Made by a program: the position numbers and the translations under genes. Below are positions 10,500 through 21,829 of a stretch of 64,000 nucleotides of DNA, piece by piece. Positions within the stretch are counted from its first letter, which is position 1. Each line of letters begins with the position of its first letter. A model generated the notes under the pieces. The model saw only the letters and a list, made by a program, of their open reading frames with translations, was not told where the DNA came from and did no database searches. Source of the DNA: Porphyridium purpureum (taxonomy: Eukaryota); assembly GCA_008690995.1 (NCBI GenBank), contig VRMN01000017.1, positions 186,001-250,000 of the forward strand, written 5' to 3'.

Positions 10500-12206
10500 C
10501 TACTCTTCAACCAGCAGCTCCGATGCGAACGTCAGCGTGCAAGTCTGGATGTCCGCGTTACCCACACATGTGTACTCGTAGTCGTTGAACGCATTCTCCA
10601 CTCCATCACCTACCACGGCGGACGGCGGCACAAACCACTGTCCCTGCGTTCCTCCGCGGCAGATCACGTACATCAGCGCGTTCAGGCCCATCGCCACCGG
10701 TAGCGTCAGAACCCACGACGCCGCCACCTTGAGCATCAGCTTCCAGTTCACCTTCTTGTAGCCCTGCGCCTCGCACAGACCGGCTCCAATCACTCCACCC
10801 ACACTGCAGTGCGTCGTCGACACCGGGATCCCAATGTACGACGCAATCAGCACAGAGAACGCCGTCGCAAGCTCAGCGCTCAGGCCGCGGATCGGCGTCA
10901 TTAGCGTAATGTTCTGCCCAATCGTGCGCATCACGTTCGCACCAAACAGCCACAGACCCGCAACAATCCCAACCGTGCAGTACGCCAGTGCCCAGTACTC
11001 TGGCGAAGGCTTGCTAATCACACTCGCGTACTCAATCGTCTGGTACACCGCAATCAGCGTGCCACTAGAGTTACCAATGTCGTTGGCGCCAAACGCAATC
11101 GCCTCGTAGCACGCAGACACCATCTGTCCAAACGCAAATCGCGACTCCAGCTCGGGGTGCCAGATGTCGTTCGGCGGCAGCCGATCGGCGCGCAGGTCCG
11201 CATCTGACCTCATGATCGAGCTCACCACAGACATCGCGTTCGAGCGCTGCGACGCACCAGACACCGCAGCGCTGCCCACCGCGGCCGAAGCTGTCGCCGC
11301 CTGCGCGGGCGCCGTCGCAGTCTCCTCGTCGTGCTCGCTCGACGAGCTAATCTCATTCAGTTCGTCCAAGTCCTTGGCCACAACCTCGTCCTCGTCGTGG
11401 AAGCCACCAACCAGCCCGCGCTTCGCAAAGTACCCGTTGATCGGCTTGTGCAGACCGGCGATCCACGCAATCGCGATCGCACCTGCCACACCGAACGAAA
11501 TGCCCAGGTTCATCCCCACAGCCTTCTTGTCGTACTTGAACGTCACGAAGATCAGGAATGTGAGGAACGCCAGGAACAGTACAATGGCCATGTACAAAAT
11601 CTGCTGCTTCAGGCCCCACTCTAGACGCGACTCGTCCTGCTGCACCTTGCGAAGGAACCAGTACTTCGCAGTGAGGTAGAACGCCACAGAAAAAATGCCC
11701 GTCACGAGCGGCGACGCCACCCATGAGATCACAATCTTGCCCACGCCCGGCCACCAGTCAATGCCAGACCCGCCAAACTGCACCAGCCCAAAGCCCATCA
11801 CCGACCCAACCACCGAGTGCGTCGTCGACACAGGCATGCTCAACCACGTCGCGAGAGTCACCCACAATCCCGTCGAGATCGCCGCAGTCAACATGCCAAG
11901 CGCAAACAGCTGCGGGGTGTCCGCAAACAGCTTGTAGTTCACAATGCCCTTGCCGACAGTGTTCGACACCTTTGACCCAATGGTCATCGAACCCAGCGTG
12001 ATAAAAATCGTCGCCAGAATACACGCCTGCGTGATCGTCAGCACCTTGGCGCCGACCGACGTGCCAAAGCAGTTGGCCACGTCGTTCGCACCCATTGACG
12101 CGCCCTGCAGGAACGACGTAATCAGGCAGATCGCAAAAATCCATTGCCACGCCTGCATCTGCGTGGTCCCCGAGAAGGGATCAATGACGTATTCGATGGT
12201 TTCCAT
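10500..12206 (-). CDS. Inorganic phosphate transporter, PiT/PHO4 (SLC20) family
   Basis: Both signature halves present: GANDVANCFGTSVG...PVSTTHSVVG and GANDIGN...PVSTTHCSVG. Multiple TM helices. First ATG at 12206. Confidence 0.95.
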   Translation of the reverse strand: METIEYVIDPFSGTTQMQAWQWIFAICLITSFLQGASMGANDVANCFGTSVGAKVLTITQACILATIFITLGSMTIGSKVSNTVGKGIVNYKLFADTPQLFALGMLTAAISTGLWVTLATWLSMPVSTTHSVVGSVMGFGLVQFGGSGIDWWPGVGKIVISWVASPLVTGIFSVAFYLTAKYWFLRKVQQDESRLEWGLKQQILYMAIVLFLAFLTFLIFVTFKYDKKAVGMNLGISFGVAGAIAIAWIAGLHKPINGYFAKRGLVGGFHDEDEVVAKDLDELNEISSSSEHDEETATAPAQAATASAAVGSAAVSGASQRSNAMSVVSSIMRSDADLRADRLPPNDIWHPELESRFAFGQMVSACYEAIAFGANDIGNSSGTLIAVYQTIEYASVISKPSPEYWALAYCTVGIVAGLWLFGANVMRTIGQNITLMTPIRGLSAELATAFSVLIASYIGIPVSTTHCSVGGVIGAGLCEAQGYKKVNWKLMLKVAASWVLTLPVAMGLNALMYVICRGGTQGQWFVPPSAVVGDGVENAFNDYEYTCVGNADIQTCTLTFASELLVEE

Positions 12207-15200
12207 GGTGCCCAGACCCCTCAACCTCGGAAAAGGCCTCTTCAAAATTCCTCTCCACGCACTCACTCACTCTTCGGCCTTGCCTGCGCCTCTTACTCGA
12301 CGCCTGCTACTTCCTCCTCCATCTCCCACATGCTCGCCTGCCAATATATAGTCGCGAGACGCCGCTGCCCCGGCCTCAAGATCCGTTCCTCGTTCGTCCG
12401 TGATTCGGTACTGAGGAGCGCGCGGGAGCCCATCCGCACTGGCGCGAGTTCACCGACGTCTGCTCAGCACGCAGCAGCCGCCGCGACCACGCAACACGGC
12501 CGCCAGCCTGAACGATGCGGGTACGTCACCAAAATAAAAACAAAACAAAAAAAGAAAAAAAAAGGGGGGGGAAAGCAATTTGTGCCGGTGCGCGTCTCCA
12601 CCAGGGGGTTTTGTGACGCGGCTCACCAGCATTGCAAAAGATTCGCAATACAAACACACGTGCGAGCACACCGCCTGTGCCTTACCGGGTCGCCGGGTCG
12701 TCCAGCAAAATGGGCATTTCGGTCCACTGTGCTATCAGATTTCGAACCGCGAGGTGGTCGTCCTCAATCACCACGCCTCGTGCTTAACGGCTCTCCCAAC
12801 TCCGGCGCACGCGTGAACGCAAAGATACCTTGCGTGCGACTGCGATTTCTCCGCCTCTCAAGGAGCATGGCCCGCACCATCCGCACGACTGCTTGAGACG
12901 ACAGAGCGGCGGCGGCTGTTCATCAGTCGCACGGCATGCGGTATCGAAAAAGCGTCCCGCGCGAGACTCGCGAATCTCGAGCGGCTCAAGCATTCGCAGA
13001 CACGTCATGACGGTCGCAAAACGCACGCGCAGACGGGCGAAAATCGCATCTCAAACGGAAAGAGGAGTACGACTCATCACCCTGTCATGCCTCCCACCAC
13101 ACCGTGCCCATCGGCTGGCGCCTGCTGTTCCGCTCCCTCATCTCACACAGAGGTTAGGGTAGGAGCAAAGGTCTCACGAGCGCGAACACGTTTGCTTCGA
13201 GCGACTTGCCGGCCGGGTCACGTCAACACAACAGCCACAAGTGGCGAAACTGGCTGTGTACGCACGCTGCGTTGCGACCTCGCCAAGTCGCCAAGTCCTC
13301 TAGCAATCTTGAAGTCGTGCACGGGGGGTGGGAGACCGCAGAAGGATGTTTCCTCGACTCGGATGTTCGGGGCCGGTGCTCCATGCAGCATGACGGAGAA
13401 GCAACGATCCCGGCGATCGAAGTGCGACTGGCGCCTGACCTCGCTCAACATCTGATGACCCAAGTGGTTCCGAGCGCCGTGCCCCGCACCACCTGCGGCG
13501 TACGCGCGCTGCGCACATTTCGCTCTGCGGTGCACATCGTCGCCGACGCTGCGCTCGTGCGCCCGCCAGCCTGCATGCCGCTTCTTCGTTCAACGAAACC
13601 GTGTGCGTTGCCCCCCTTGCACGCGCCCAACCGCATCGAGCGGGTTCATCACTGAACAGCGGAAATGCAACCGAAGTTGTGGTGTGGTTTGGCCGTGCCC
13701 TCAGAGGGCCAAAAAATCGGAACCACCGCGTACCGTGCCCGTCAGAACCGAAATCCGGCGTCATTTCATGCCGTATTGCAAAAATTTTGCGCACAGAGTT
13801 GCATTCTCACCTCGAAATTTGTTACCCTTTCGCTACGAAGAAATGCATCCGGGTTGCACGAAACACCTCGCATGAAGTACTGAAGCTCGGAACTGCGTGA
13901 GCGAGTGACCGCCTTGGAGGCTGCGCGTCAAGCCTGCCGTGGCCGCGCGGGGTCGACGCCGCAATATCGCACCGAGCAGACGAAGGCAACACGCTCCGAA
14001 ACGGAGAAGCGGACGCTGGCTCTGTGCCTGCGCCTGGAAAGGCAATGCGCGAGAGACTTGATCTGGCTGCTCGCTTCGATAGAAGCACTAACGCGGGAGC
14101 CGCGCAAGCCGGCTGTAATTTCGCGGCGGCGCGTTCACAGGCGCATGTGAAGCGGGCTCAAGGACCAATGGTTTGTTCAGACTGCGCCGAAGTAGAGGAG
14201 ATTCGCAACGTAGTGCGCTGTCTAAGGGACCGGCAGGCACACGGAATTGCCGTGCATTGCTGCAGCCAGCATGCTAAAGTCCGCACTGGGCAGCTGCTTC
14301 TGAAGCTCGAATTCGCAGAGTACGGCCGCGCGGACGGGGCGATCAGCTTGAGCAGCTCGAGCAGCTCGAGCAGCTCGAACAGCTGCGTGCCAATTGACAT
14401 CTGCTGGAATCTTTTCTGTGCAGCCACGTGAAAGCGCTCGGGAAAGGATCACTTTGATGCGGAATGAAACGAAGAATGTGCGCAGCGTGCTTTCTGAAAG
14501 TCGATCGCAAGGCGGCTTCCGTCCAAGAACACTGAGTACAATGCCCCAACCGCCACGAACAGGCGCGGTCGAAGCTGTGCATATCCAATGCTCTGACTCG
14601 CTGGCTCGGAGGCCAGCTGTCGCGAGGTGCGCAGTCTCTGTAATTTGAGTCACTGTTCATGGAGCTGGACACGTCCGGGTTCGAGAATTATGAGAAAGCC
14701 ACGAGCCGCTTGCGAGCGCAGACAGTTGGGGTGCGCGTACAAGCAAATGCGATCAAGGAGGAGCTTCATACCGCTGCTGCGGAATTCAATCGGCTGCGCC
14801 ATGGAACCCAATGCAGTGGAAGGTCAGCTATCCACGGCGCAGGCTCAGCAGAATTGTCAGTGAAAAATTGTTGCTCGATGGTATTTAATATCCGAAAGGC
14901 GGAGACAGGAGCACTGGCAATGGATAGAGAAGAGGCCAACGATGGTATTGGATTCTTTCGTGCGGGATGACAGTGATGCGAGTGGTGGTGGCAGCGAGCG
15001 AAAGGAGCATGGAGCTGGCGGCGGAGCAGCGTTGCTGGGTCACCGGAGTACTCAAGCCGAGCGACGACAGTACGCCGCTACCAACTGAGAAAGTGGCCAG
15101 GACGTCGCGGAGTGTATTTCTGTTGCTCATGCGCTGCCCATGGTGCTCTCACTCTTGAGCCGAAGACTGTTCAGCGATCGATGTGCCTTTGTCGAATGCT

Positions 15201-16310
15201 GCTCTATCAACCAGGATCTAAGGAATCCATCGATCCGGACGCACTGGGCACTTGCGTGTCATGCAGTTGCGGTACTAGGATGCCTGTGTGCCGCCTTTGG
15301 AGTGTTTAAGAGTGTGCAGTGCGGATACGGGTGTCGTGCTCCGCATTGCACCGACAATGCCGGAAGACTTCGAATGGTGCGTGGAACGCGGCTCCGTATG
15401 TAGAAAAAAATGCAGTAGGCGCACTTGAACTGAAAGAGGGTCACGTTTTGTGACAATATGAGCGGACATCGTCGTTTCATCATAGCGCACGGGCAGAATG
15501 TGGCATGTCGTCGAGAGCGAGATGACAGTGTGAGCAGCAGGCGCTAGCCAACAGTGCGCGGATGCGTTGGATATCTGGCTGGGATGTTGATAGGTGCTTC
15601 CGGGCCTTCTTTATGTGCTGCGCTTTGGGATGGGCAAGCTCGCGCCGCAGAATGGTCCCTGCCTTCATTTTCACCGTTGCTGCTGGATTGCTTTTCTGCA
15701 GACGAGCCTAGCAGCAGTTTTCAACACATGCGAGCAACATGGACCCGTTGAGAAATGCACAACGTCATAAAGTCCAGGCTTTTCTGTTTTGCTGCGCACC
15801 GTGCCTACCGGCTCGGCGAGCTGCTTTATTTTTGTCGATGATTTCTGTCTGCGAAGCTGCCTGACCTCACGCTCTTCAAGTTTTGTTGCACGCAATCGTG
15901 GAAGCATGTTGCTGTTTCAGGTGTCTTCTTTTCCTTCCAGACCACATTCCTTGTGCAAAACTTGTATTTGAAGCTTCTTTGTCCACATGAGGTAAGGTTA
16001 TTCGTTGGTTTGCTGCGGTTGGAACTGCTACAGCAGTACCGGCGATCAGGCATTGACGTCCTTATCGCGCAGCATCGCTGAGAACCAGCCCAGAAGTGCT
16101 CAAAGCCGCTTCAGGCTGCTTCTCCTCCCGCCAATGCGCACCTGCTCGCTGCCTTGCGTCTTGAACTTCGCGTCATGTTTTGCCGGTTTATTGGTTCAAA
16201 TTCTATGGAATCTACCGGTTTAACGGCTCTCCCTATTTACTATGCTTTACTATGGGTTGCGGTACGGGTTGCATAAAAACCGAACACGTGCACTGCGCAC
16301 GCGGTACACT

Positions 16311-16694
16311 TGTTACCGCCCAGAAGACCCAAGGCTTCTATCCAGAGCCCAGGCCCAACAGCTTGGCGGCTAAGCTGTCCACCTGGGACTTCTCCTCTCC
16401 CCTGTTGGCAGTACTGAAGATTGCACACCAACAAATTTCAACAAATAGGTGCTTTTACTCTCGCAATCCTCCCTTTCAAACTTTTCCAACGTGAGCGGCC
16501 GGCTGGCTCGCATCCATTTTATACCCGTCGGCTGGCCAGAGTCCGCCATCTCGCACAGTCTCACATCTCCACCGAAACGCCACTCCAGTCGCCACTCATA
16601 CCGCCATCACCAGTCCGCACCCTCTTCGTCACTGCGCGCTGCAAGTCTGCATCTGCGTGGCGCTTCAGCAGCGCGTTTCGAAGCGCCTGCAACA
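16311..16694. mobile_element. Solo LTR-like repeat, copy 2 (384 bp, TG...CA)
   Basis: Starts TGTTAC, ends GCAACA. By eye it differs from copy 1 only at position 4. Flanks CACT (left) and TGTT (right). Confidence 0.85.
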
Positions 16695-16826
16695 TGTTCA
16701 GTGCAGAACTGTACCTCTGCAAGACGCGAAGTGGCGCGAGCCGATGTAATGCGGCATGACGTGAATTGGACATTGCGGAGTGTGTGCGGGATGCGGAGGT
16801 GGTGGAAGGGAAGAGGCGCGGGTTCA

Positions 16827-18200
16827 ATGTCCGCCGAGGCGATTGTGCGGATTCTGCTAGAGGAGGAAAGCGTGAACGGGTGGTGCGTGCAGTGGACGCA
16901 GCAGAAGCTCGCCGGCGTCCGCGATGGCAGCGTCGGCTCGTCGCTGCGCAGCGTCGCCACCGCGGGAGACGCGGACGCCGCGCGCTCCGCCGCCGACGAC
17001 TGGGTCGACCGGAGGCTCGCGTACGGCGAGCTCTCGCCACATGAGATGCGCTGTCTCGCCACACTGCCCACGCAGCGCGACTTGGACGCTGCCCTCATCG
17101 TCGATAGTGACGTCAGTCGCATCAACGACGCACGGACGTTGATGGCGTTCGTTCCCGTGTTCGAGGCGGGACGCTTCTGCTTCGGAATCACGTTTCAGAA
17201 CACGACCATCGTGCGCCTGCCGCCGGGCGTGGTCAAGCTGCCTGGACAGCGCTTCGTGGGCTTCCGCACGCGCTACGGCCACGCTCTCATCAATGTCGCC
17301 ATGTGCAGCGACGGCTCCGTGCTTTTCAACACGCTGCGGATATGGGAAAACCACAAGCTCAAGTTTGAGTCGTTTCATACCCCGCGAATCGAGAAGAACG
17401 CCACCATTCTGGCGTATGCAAGCATCGAGCGCCCGGGCTCATGCCAGCCCGATTGCACCGCGGGCAAGAGCCACTGCCTCTGCTGGCGCCAGCCTTGGCA
17501 TTGCCGAGCCGACCGTGAGCTCGCTGCGCCGCTCGGCTGGGCCGACCTGAGCAGCCAGCTGGCTCACGGTATTCCGGCGAAAAGTCTGGGTACCTACTCT
17601 GTCATTCTGCAAATGTATGCGGGCAATGGGCATCTGGCGCATCAGCAAGCGTTCCCAGCACGATATCAATCCTCGTATGGTGCCGAGTACCGCGATATGG
17701 ACAAGCTGCGCTTTTTATTTTTTGACCGCTTGACAACGACGTCTTCTGTGTATCACAGTCGGATGCCTGAGAGCTTCGAATTGGGCTCACATTGTCTTGA
17801 TGACGGTGCAGCTGAAGAAAACAGAAATGCGGTAGGTGCGGACGCTAGTACCGGCACGCCTCGGCGTGCACCTCGAAAGGGAAGTTGCGCATCGCATCAG
17901 GACGAGCTTTCATCATCTCCGTGCCCGCGCACGTTTCGCTGCGAGACATGTGGCAAAGAATTCAGGCGAATGAGCGAGCTACGTCGCCATGCAAAGACAA
18001 TACACGAAGGAGTTCGAAAGCACAGCTGCAGCCAGTGTGATCTCTCGTTCAGTCAGCTGTCGCACTTGAACTCACATATCCGCACCATCCACGAAAGACG
18101 GCGAGATTTTGTGTGTGAGCTGTGCACGGCAACCTTTGCGATGATAAGCAACTTTCGGCGCCATATGCGTACCGTTCATAGCGTTGGCAAAGAGCAGTGA
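16827..18200 (+). CDS. C2H2 zinc-finger protein (3 fingers) with conserved family-specific N-terminal domain, paralog 1
   Basis: Three C-terminal CxxC..HxxxxH fingers. Start set at MSAEAIVRILLEEE by alignment with paralogs. Confidence 0.88.
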   Translation: MSAEAIVRILLEEESVNGWCVQWTQQKLAGVRDGSVGSSLRSVATAGDADAARSAADDWVDRRLAYGELSPHEMRCLATLPTQRDLDAALIVDSDVSRINDARTLMAFVPVFEAGRFCFGITFQNTTIVRLPPGVVKLPGQRFVGFRTRYGHALINVAMCSDGSVLFNTLRIWENHKLKFESFHTPRIEKNATILAYASIERPGSCQPDCTAGKSHCLCWRQPWHCRADRELAAPLGWADLSSQLAHGIPAKSLGTYSVILQMYAGNGHLAHQQAFPARYQSSYGAEYRDMDKLRFLFFDRLTTTSSVYHSRMPESFELGSHCLDDGAAEENRNAVGADASTGTPRRAPRKGSCASHQDELSSSPCPRTFRCETCGKEFRRMSELRRHAKTIHEGVRKHSCSQCDLSFSQLSHLNSHIRTIHERRRDFVCELCTATFAMISNFRRHMRTVHSVGKEQ

Positions 18201-18519
18201 AAATTGGTATCCCTGGGTTTCGCACGTCCGGGTACCACGGCTCTGACGCGCGAGCAATCAGATCCGCGATGACTCGGCAGCACTTCAACTGTCAGTGACT
18301 CGCTGCGCTGACTTTCAAACGCATCGTTACGCGATCGCTAGAGTATTTATACAAAACGTTGAACCTGTGTTAGCATTCTGATCACGGCTTTATCTATCCC
18401 ATTCGTTCGACGCACGCCCTTTCCGGCTGCAGATCCTGCGCTGGACAGTCGCCTCTCGCGTGCCAGTTGCAGGGAGAATTGAGTTCACCAGGACCGAGAA
18501 TCTGGTCAAAGCGGAGGGC

Positions 18520-19505
18520 CTGAATGCGTTGTGCGTGCAATGGACCCAGCACTTTAACCTGCGCGGGCGGGTGTGAGCATGTTAACTTCTTGAATACGAG
18601 TGAGGACGCAGACCAGTAGGCCGGGTTCCCGCTCAAGGCCCGGTCCACGTAAAATGACGTTGCGCGCGACGAAAATCAGCACCTAGCCCTTTACTGCGGA
18701 GAAGGACATTCGAGCCATGCATTGGTTATCGATACCGACTGCAGCTACGTGAAGTACAACGGCAAAAGAATCTGTTTACACATTCCCATTTTTGAGAAGA
18801 ACAAGTCAGTGATGGGCTGCTCCGTCAAGAATACCGCACGTTGGCCACTTTCTTCTGGCTTGTGGAAGTTGCCGGGTCAGCGCTTTGTTGGGTTTTGGAC
18901 GCGGTACAGACATGCCCCTGACCAGCACTGTCATGTGGACTGAGGGCTCCGTCATCTCCAGAAAGTGTCTATTCTGGGAAACTCACAAGATCCGCGTCGG
19001 CATCGTTCGAACCTGGCGCATCGAAAGGAAAGCCATGCGCCCTTGTCCACGCCCACGGTATCTGTCGAAGGCTACAGTTTACAATACTACGCCTGCAAGA
19101 ACAAATTCGCTTGCTGGCGGCAGCCGTGGCACCGCTGGACTTTGACGTTCTGCCAAGCGAGAGGCGTGGCACAGGTCGATTCGTCTACATCTGCGCATCC
19201 AGCAGTATCCATGTAAGAAGGCTCTCTTGCGATGCTCAAGAAGTAGTCTTGCAAGACTTGCGCTGTAGCAGTTGGAAGCGTGAGCGATCTCTGCCGACAA
19301 ATCAAGCACGTGCACGAAAAGATCACGTCATCTCAACGCTGCATTCGCGGGCGAGCGCCTTTTTCTTTAACCAGACAGTGCTCTTATGATCGCACGCATG
19401 TGTTGTGAACGAGTACCTGCGCGCCTGCGCGTACAAAGGCCGCAAGGCCAGCTTTGCCTTTGCGGCAAACTTCCGGCGACATGTATGAAGAGCGTCCACG
19501 CAACA
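18520..19505 (+). pseudogene. Degraded paralog of the C2H2 cluster
   Basis: Fragments in shifting frames: CVQWTQ, GLWKLPGQRFVGFWTRY, CWRQPWHR, and finger remnants ending HVHEK/SVH. Boundaries approximate. Confidence 0.8.
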
Positions 19506-20182
19506 ACGTGCCCGGGACTTCCTCTGCGCCTGTTTCGATGCAGACGAATTCTGGGGTGTGCATGTTTTTCCAACGCCCATGAATGGCATTTGACTTGTCA
19601 GCCGTTTCTGTTCGCAAACGAACATTTCGTGCATACACCTTTGGACCTTGTCGTGGCAGTGGTCCAACGATTGGCCATTCCGTTTACAGCACGTGGTGAC
19701 ATGGCCATACTGCATTCCAAAATTTCAGAAGAAGACGTTGTCTGCTCAGGTCATCCGTGCCCAACCAACAACCTTCGACGTGTCCACGCGGAAAGTCGCG
19801 CATGCAGACCGAATTCGCGAAGAGCATCTAGCTTTCTGTCTCGAGAAAACAGTACTCCACATCACATTCAAAAGCCAACTGCCATTATGACATCGCGGCG
19901 AAGGCCGGAGCCATCATTCATACCGATCGTTCCCAGTCTGCTTGCCACGCGTGCTCACGCGCAATTGCCACCTCAAACGATGCCACGAATCCTCCTTACA
20001 GTGTCCCGCCACGGGATTGTGGCACTTCAACAGCAACTCGCTCAGCGTACATTTCGAGATTTGCGGCGCGTCACAAAGGTGCAAACGCGCGACGCTTGTG
20101 TGTGGGGAACAAACGCCACGACACAGATGTCGGCGATGTGGCCCCGCCTTCCGGCAGACACGAACGGGCGTCAACGGGCAGC

Positions 20183-21583
20183 ATGTCGGCCAACTCTATA
20201 ATGAGAGTGTTGCTAGAGGAGGATGACGTCCATGAGTGGTGCGTAAAGTGGACGCAGCAGAAAGACACGCGCGCGCAAACGGGCGGCGCCGCAGCAGTGC
20301 TCGTCGAGTCTGCGTTGTCGTCGAGCGGGAACGACGAGACGTCCGGCGACATTCGCGTCGACGTAAAGGCGTCCTACAATGAGGTTCTGCCGGAGGATTT
20401 GAGGTGTCTGCCATTTTTGCCGACGACGCGTGACTTGGACTCCGCCGTGGTTGTTGACAACGACATTTCGCACATGAGTGACGGCAAAACGCTTATTCTG
20501 TACCTTCCCATGTACGAGAAAAGCCGGTTTTGCTTTGGCGTTTTGATGCAAAATACAACATTGCTACCATTGCCCCCAGGCGTGTACAAGCTGCCCGGCC
20601 ACCGCTTTGTCGGGTTCCGCACACGATACGGGCACGCAACCATCAATGTGGCCATGTGCAGTGATGGCTCTGTGATTGTCAACATGCTGCGTCTATGGGA
20701 CAATCGAAAGGCGCGATTCGACACGTTTCGTACGTGGCGCATCGAGGATAACGCCGGGGTCTTGAGCCACGCGACCATGGGCTCCTCTGGCTCGTGCCAA
20801 CCAGATTGTACGGACAAGAGCACATGCGTGTGTTGGCGCCAGCTCTGGCACCGCCGAACGGACAATGAGCTGGCCGCACCGCTGAGCTGGTCGCAGCTGG
20901 GTACGGCGCTTCGTCAAGGGTTGGTCACACCATCAGTGGATGGATTGGGCGTGCCGATGGAGATTCACGTATCAGCAGGCAACGGAGCGGTCAAACGCCG
21001 GATGCAGATTCCGGTGAATTTACAGAATGTGTTTGGAAGGGACTATAGCGATATGAACAAGCTGCGCTTTGTGTTCTTTGATCGGCTCACGACGGCCTCC
21101 TCTGTACGCCACAGCCCCTTGCTCACCGATGTCAGTGATGCGAACGACGGAGCGACGTCCGACCGTCTGCGTCGTGATGGCCAAATGAGAACGCGCGAGA
21201 CCGAGTACGGCGCAGCGCCGACCATGACACGGGCGCAGCTAGCAAACCCTTCCATTGGGGAGTGCTTTTCCGCCGACGATTCTGGCGAGGGCGCGACACG
21301 TGAAAGCGCACCCCAACGGAGCTGCGACAAGTGCGGCAAAGCGTTTCGACGAGTGAGCGAGCTGCGCCGCCATATCCGGCACGTACACGACAAGATCCGG
21401 CCGTACATCTGCGACGCGTGCGGATTCACATTTTCACAAAGATCCCACCTGAAGACGCACGCGCGCGTCGTGCACGACGGACGGTACGACTATACGTGCA
21501 CGGTCTGCGGCGCCGTTTTCGGCGCACTGGGCAATTTCAGGCGGCACATGGAAAGCAGGCACCGAGAGAGGTCGCCCTCTTGA
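20183..21583 (+). CDS. C2H2 zinc-finger protein, paralog 2
   Basis: MSANSIMRVLLEED start; GVYKLPGHRFVGFRTRYG; CQPDCT..C.CWRQ; three fingers. Confidence 0.88.
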   Translation: MSANSIMRVLLEEDDVHEWCVKWTQQKDTRAQTGGAAAVLVESALSSSGNDETSGDIRVDVKASYNEVLPEDLRCLPFLPTTRDLDSAVVVDNDISHMSDGKTLILYLPMYEKSRFCFGVLMQNTTLLPLPPGVYKLPGHRFVGFRTRYGHATINVAMCSDGSVIVNMLRLWDNRKARFDTFRTWRIEDNAGVLSHATMGSSGSCQPDCTDKSTCVCWRQLWHRRTDNELAAPLSWSQLGTALRQGLVTPSVDGLGVPMEIHVSAGNGAVKRRMQIPVNLQNVFGRDYSDMNKLRFVFFDRLTTASSVRHSPLLTDVSDANDGATSDRLRRDGQMRTRETEYGAAPTMTRAQLANPSIGECFSADDSGEGATRESAPQRSCDKCGKAFRRVSELRRHIRHVHDKIRPYICDACGFTFSQRSHLKTHARVVHDGRYDYTCTVCGAVFGALGNFRRHMESRHRERSPS

Positions 21584-21829
21584 GCAGCTGCTGCCCGCTG
21601 CTTGCACGCGTTTCGGTCAGAGTTTCACTGTACCCCCGACTCTTCATAATAGAATACACCTATTTTACTATAGCGTAGGTACAGTTTGAGTTCATAGCGC
21701 GCGGTTTTCAGCCGATGCGTTCAACCGAGAGCGGAGGAAGAGGAAGAGGAAGAGGAAGAGAGACTGTCCGGTGTTGCCGAGAGAGTAGTCCCGGGGGCCG
21801 TGAAGGGAGCAGTCTGCTGCGTCGTCGCG

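Noticed and set aside
13900..16200. Genes or transposase in the short coiled-coil-like ORF fragments
   Set aside because: Fragmented and without an identifiable motif; possibly decayed sequence, but I cannot support a call.
9707..16694. Autonomous LTR retrotransposon that captured a gene by transduction
   Set aside because: No PBS or PPT next to either repeat, no recognisable gag/pol remnants, and the inner CACT duplication is not predicted by that model.
16449..16826. LTR-derived N-terminal extension of zinc-finger paralog 1
   Set aside because: The ORF call starts at a GTG inside the LTR; paralogs begin at the MSAEAIV-equivalent Met.
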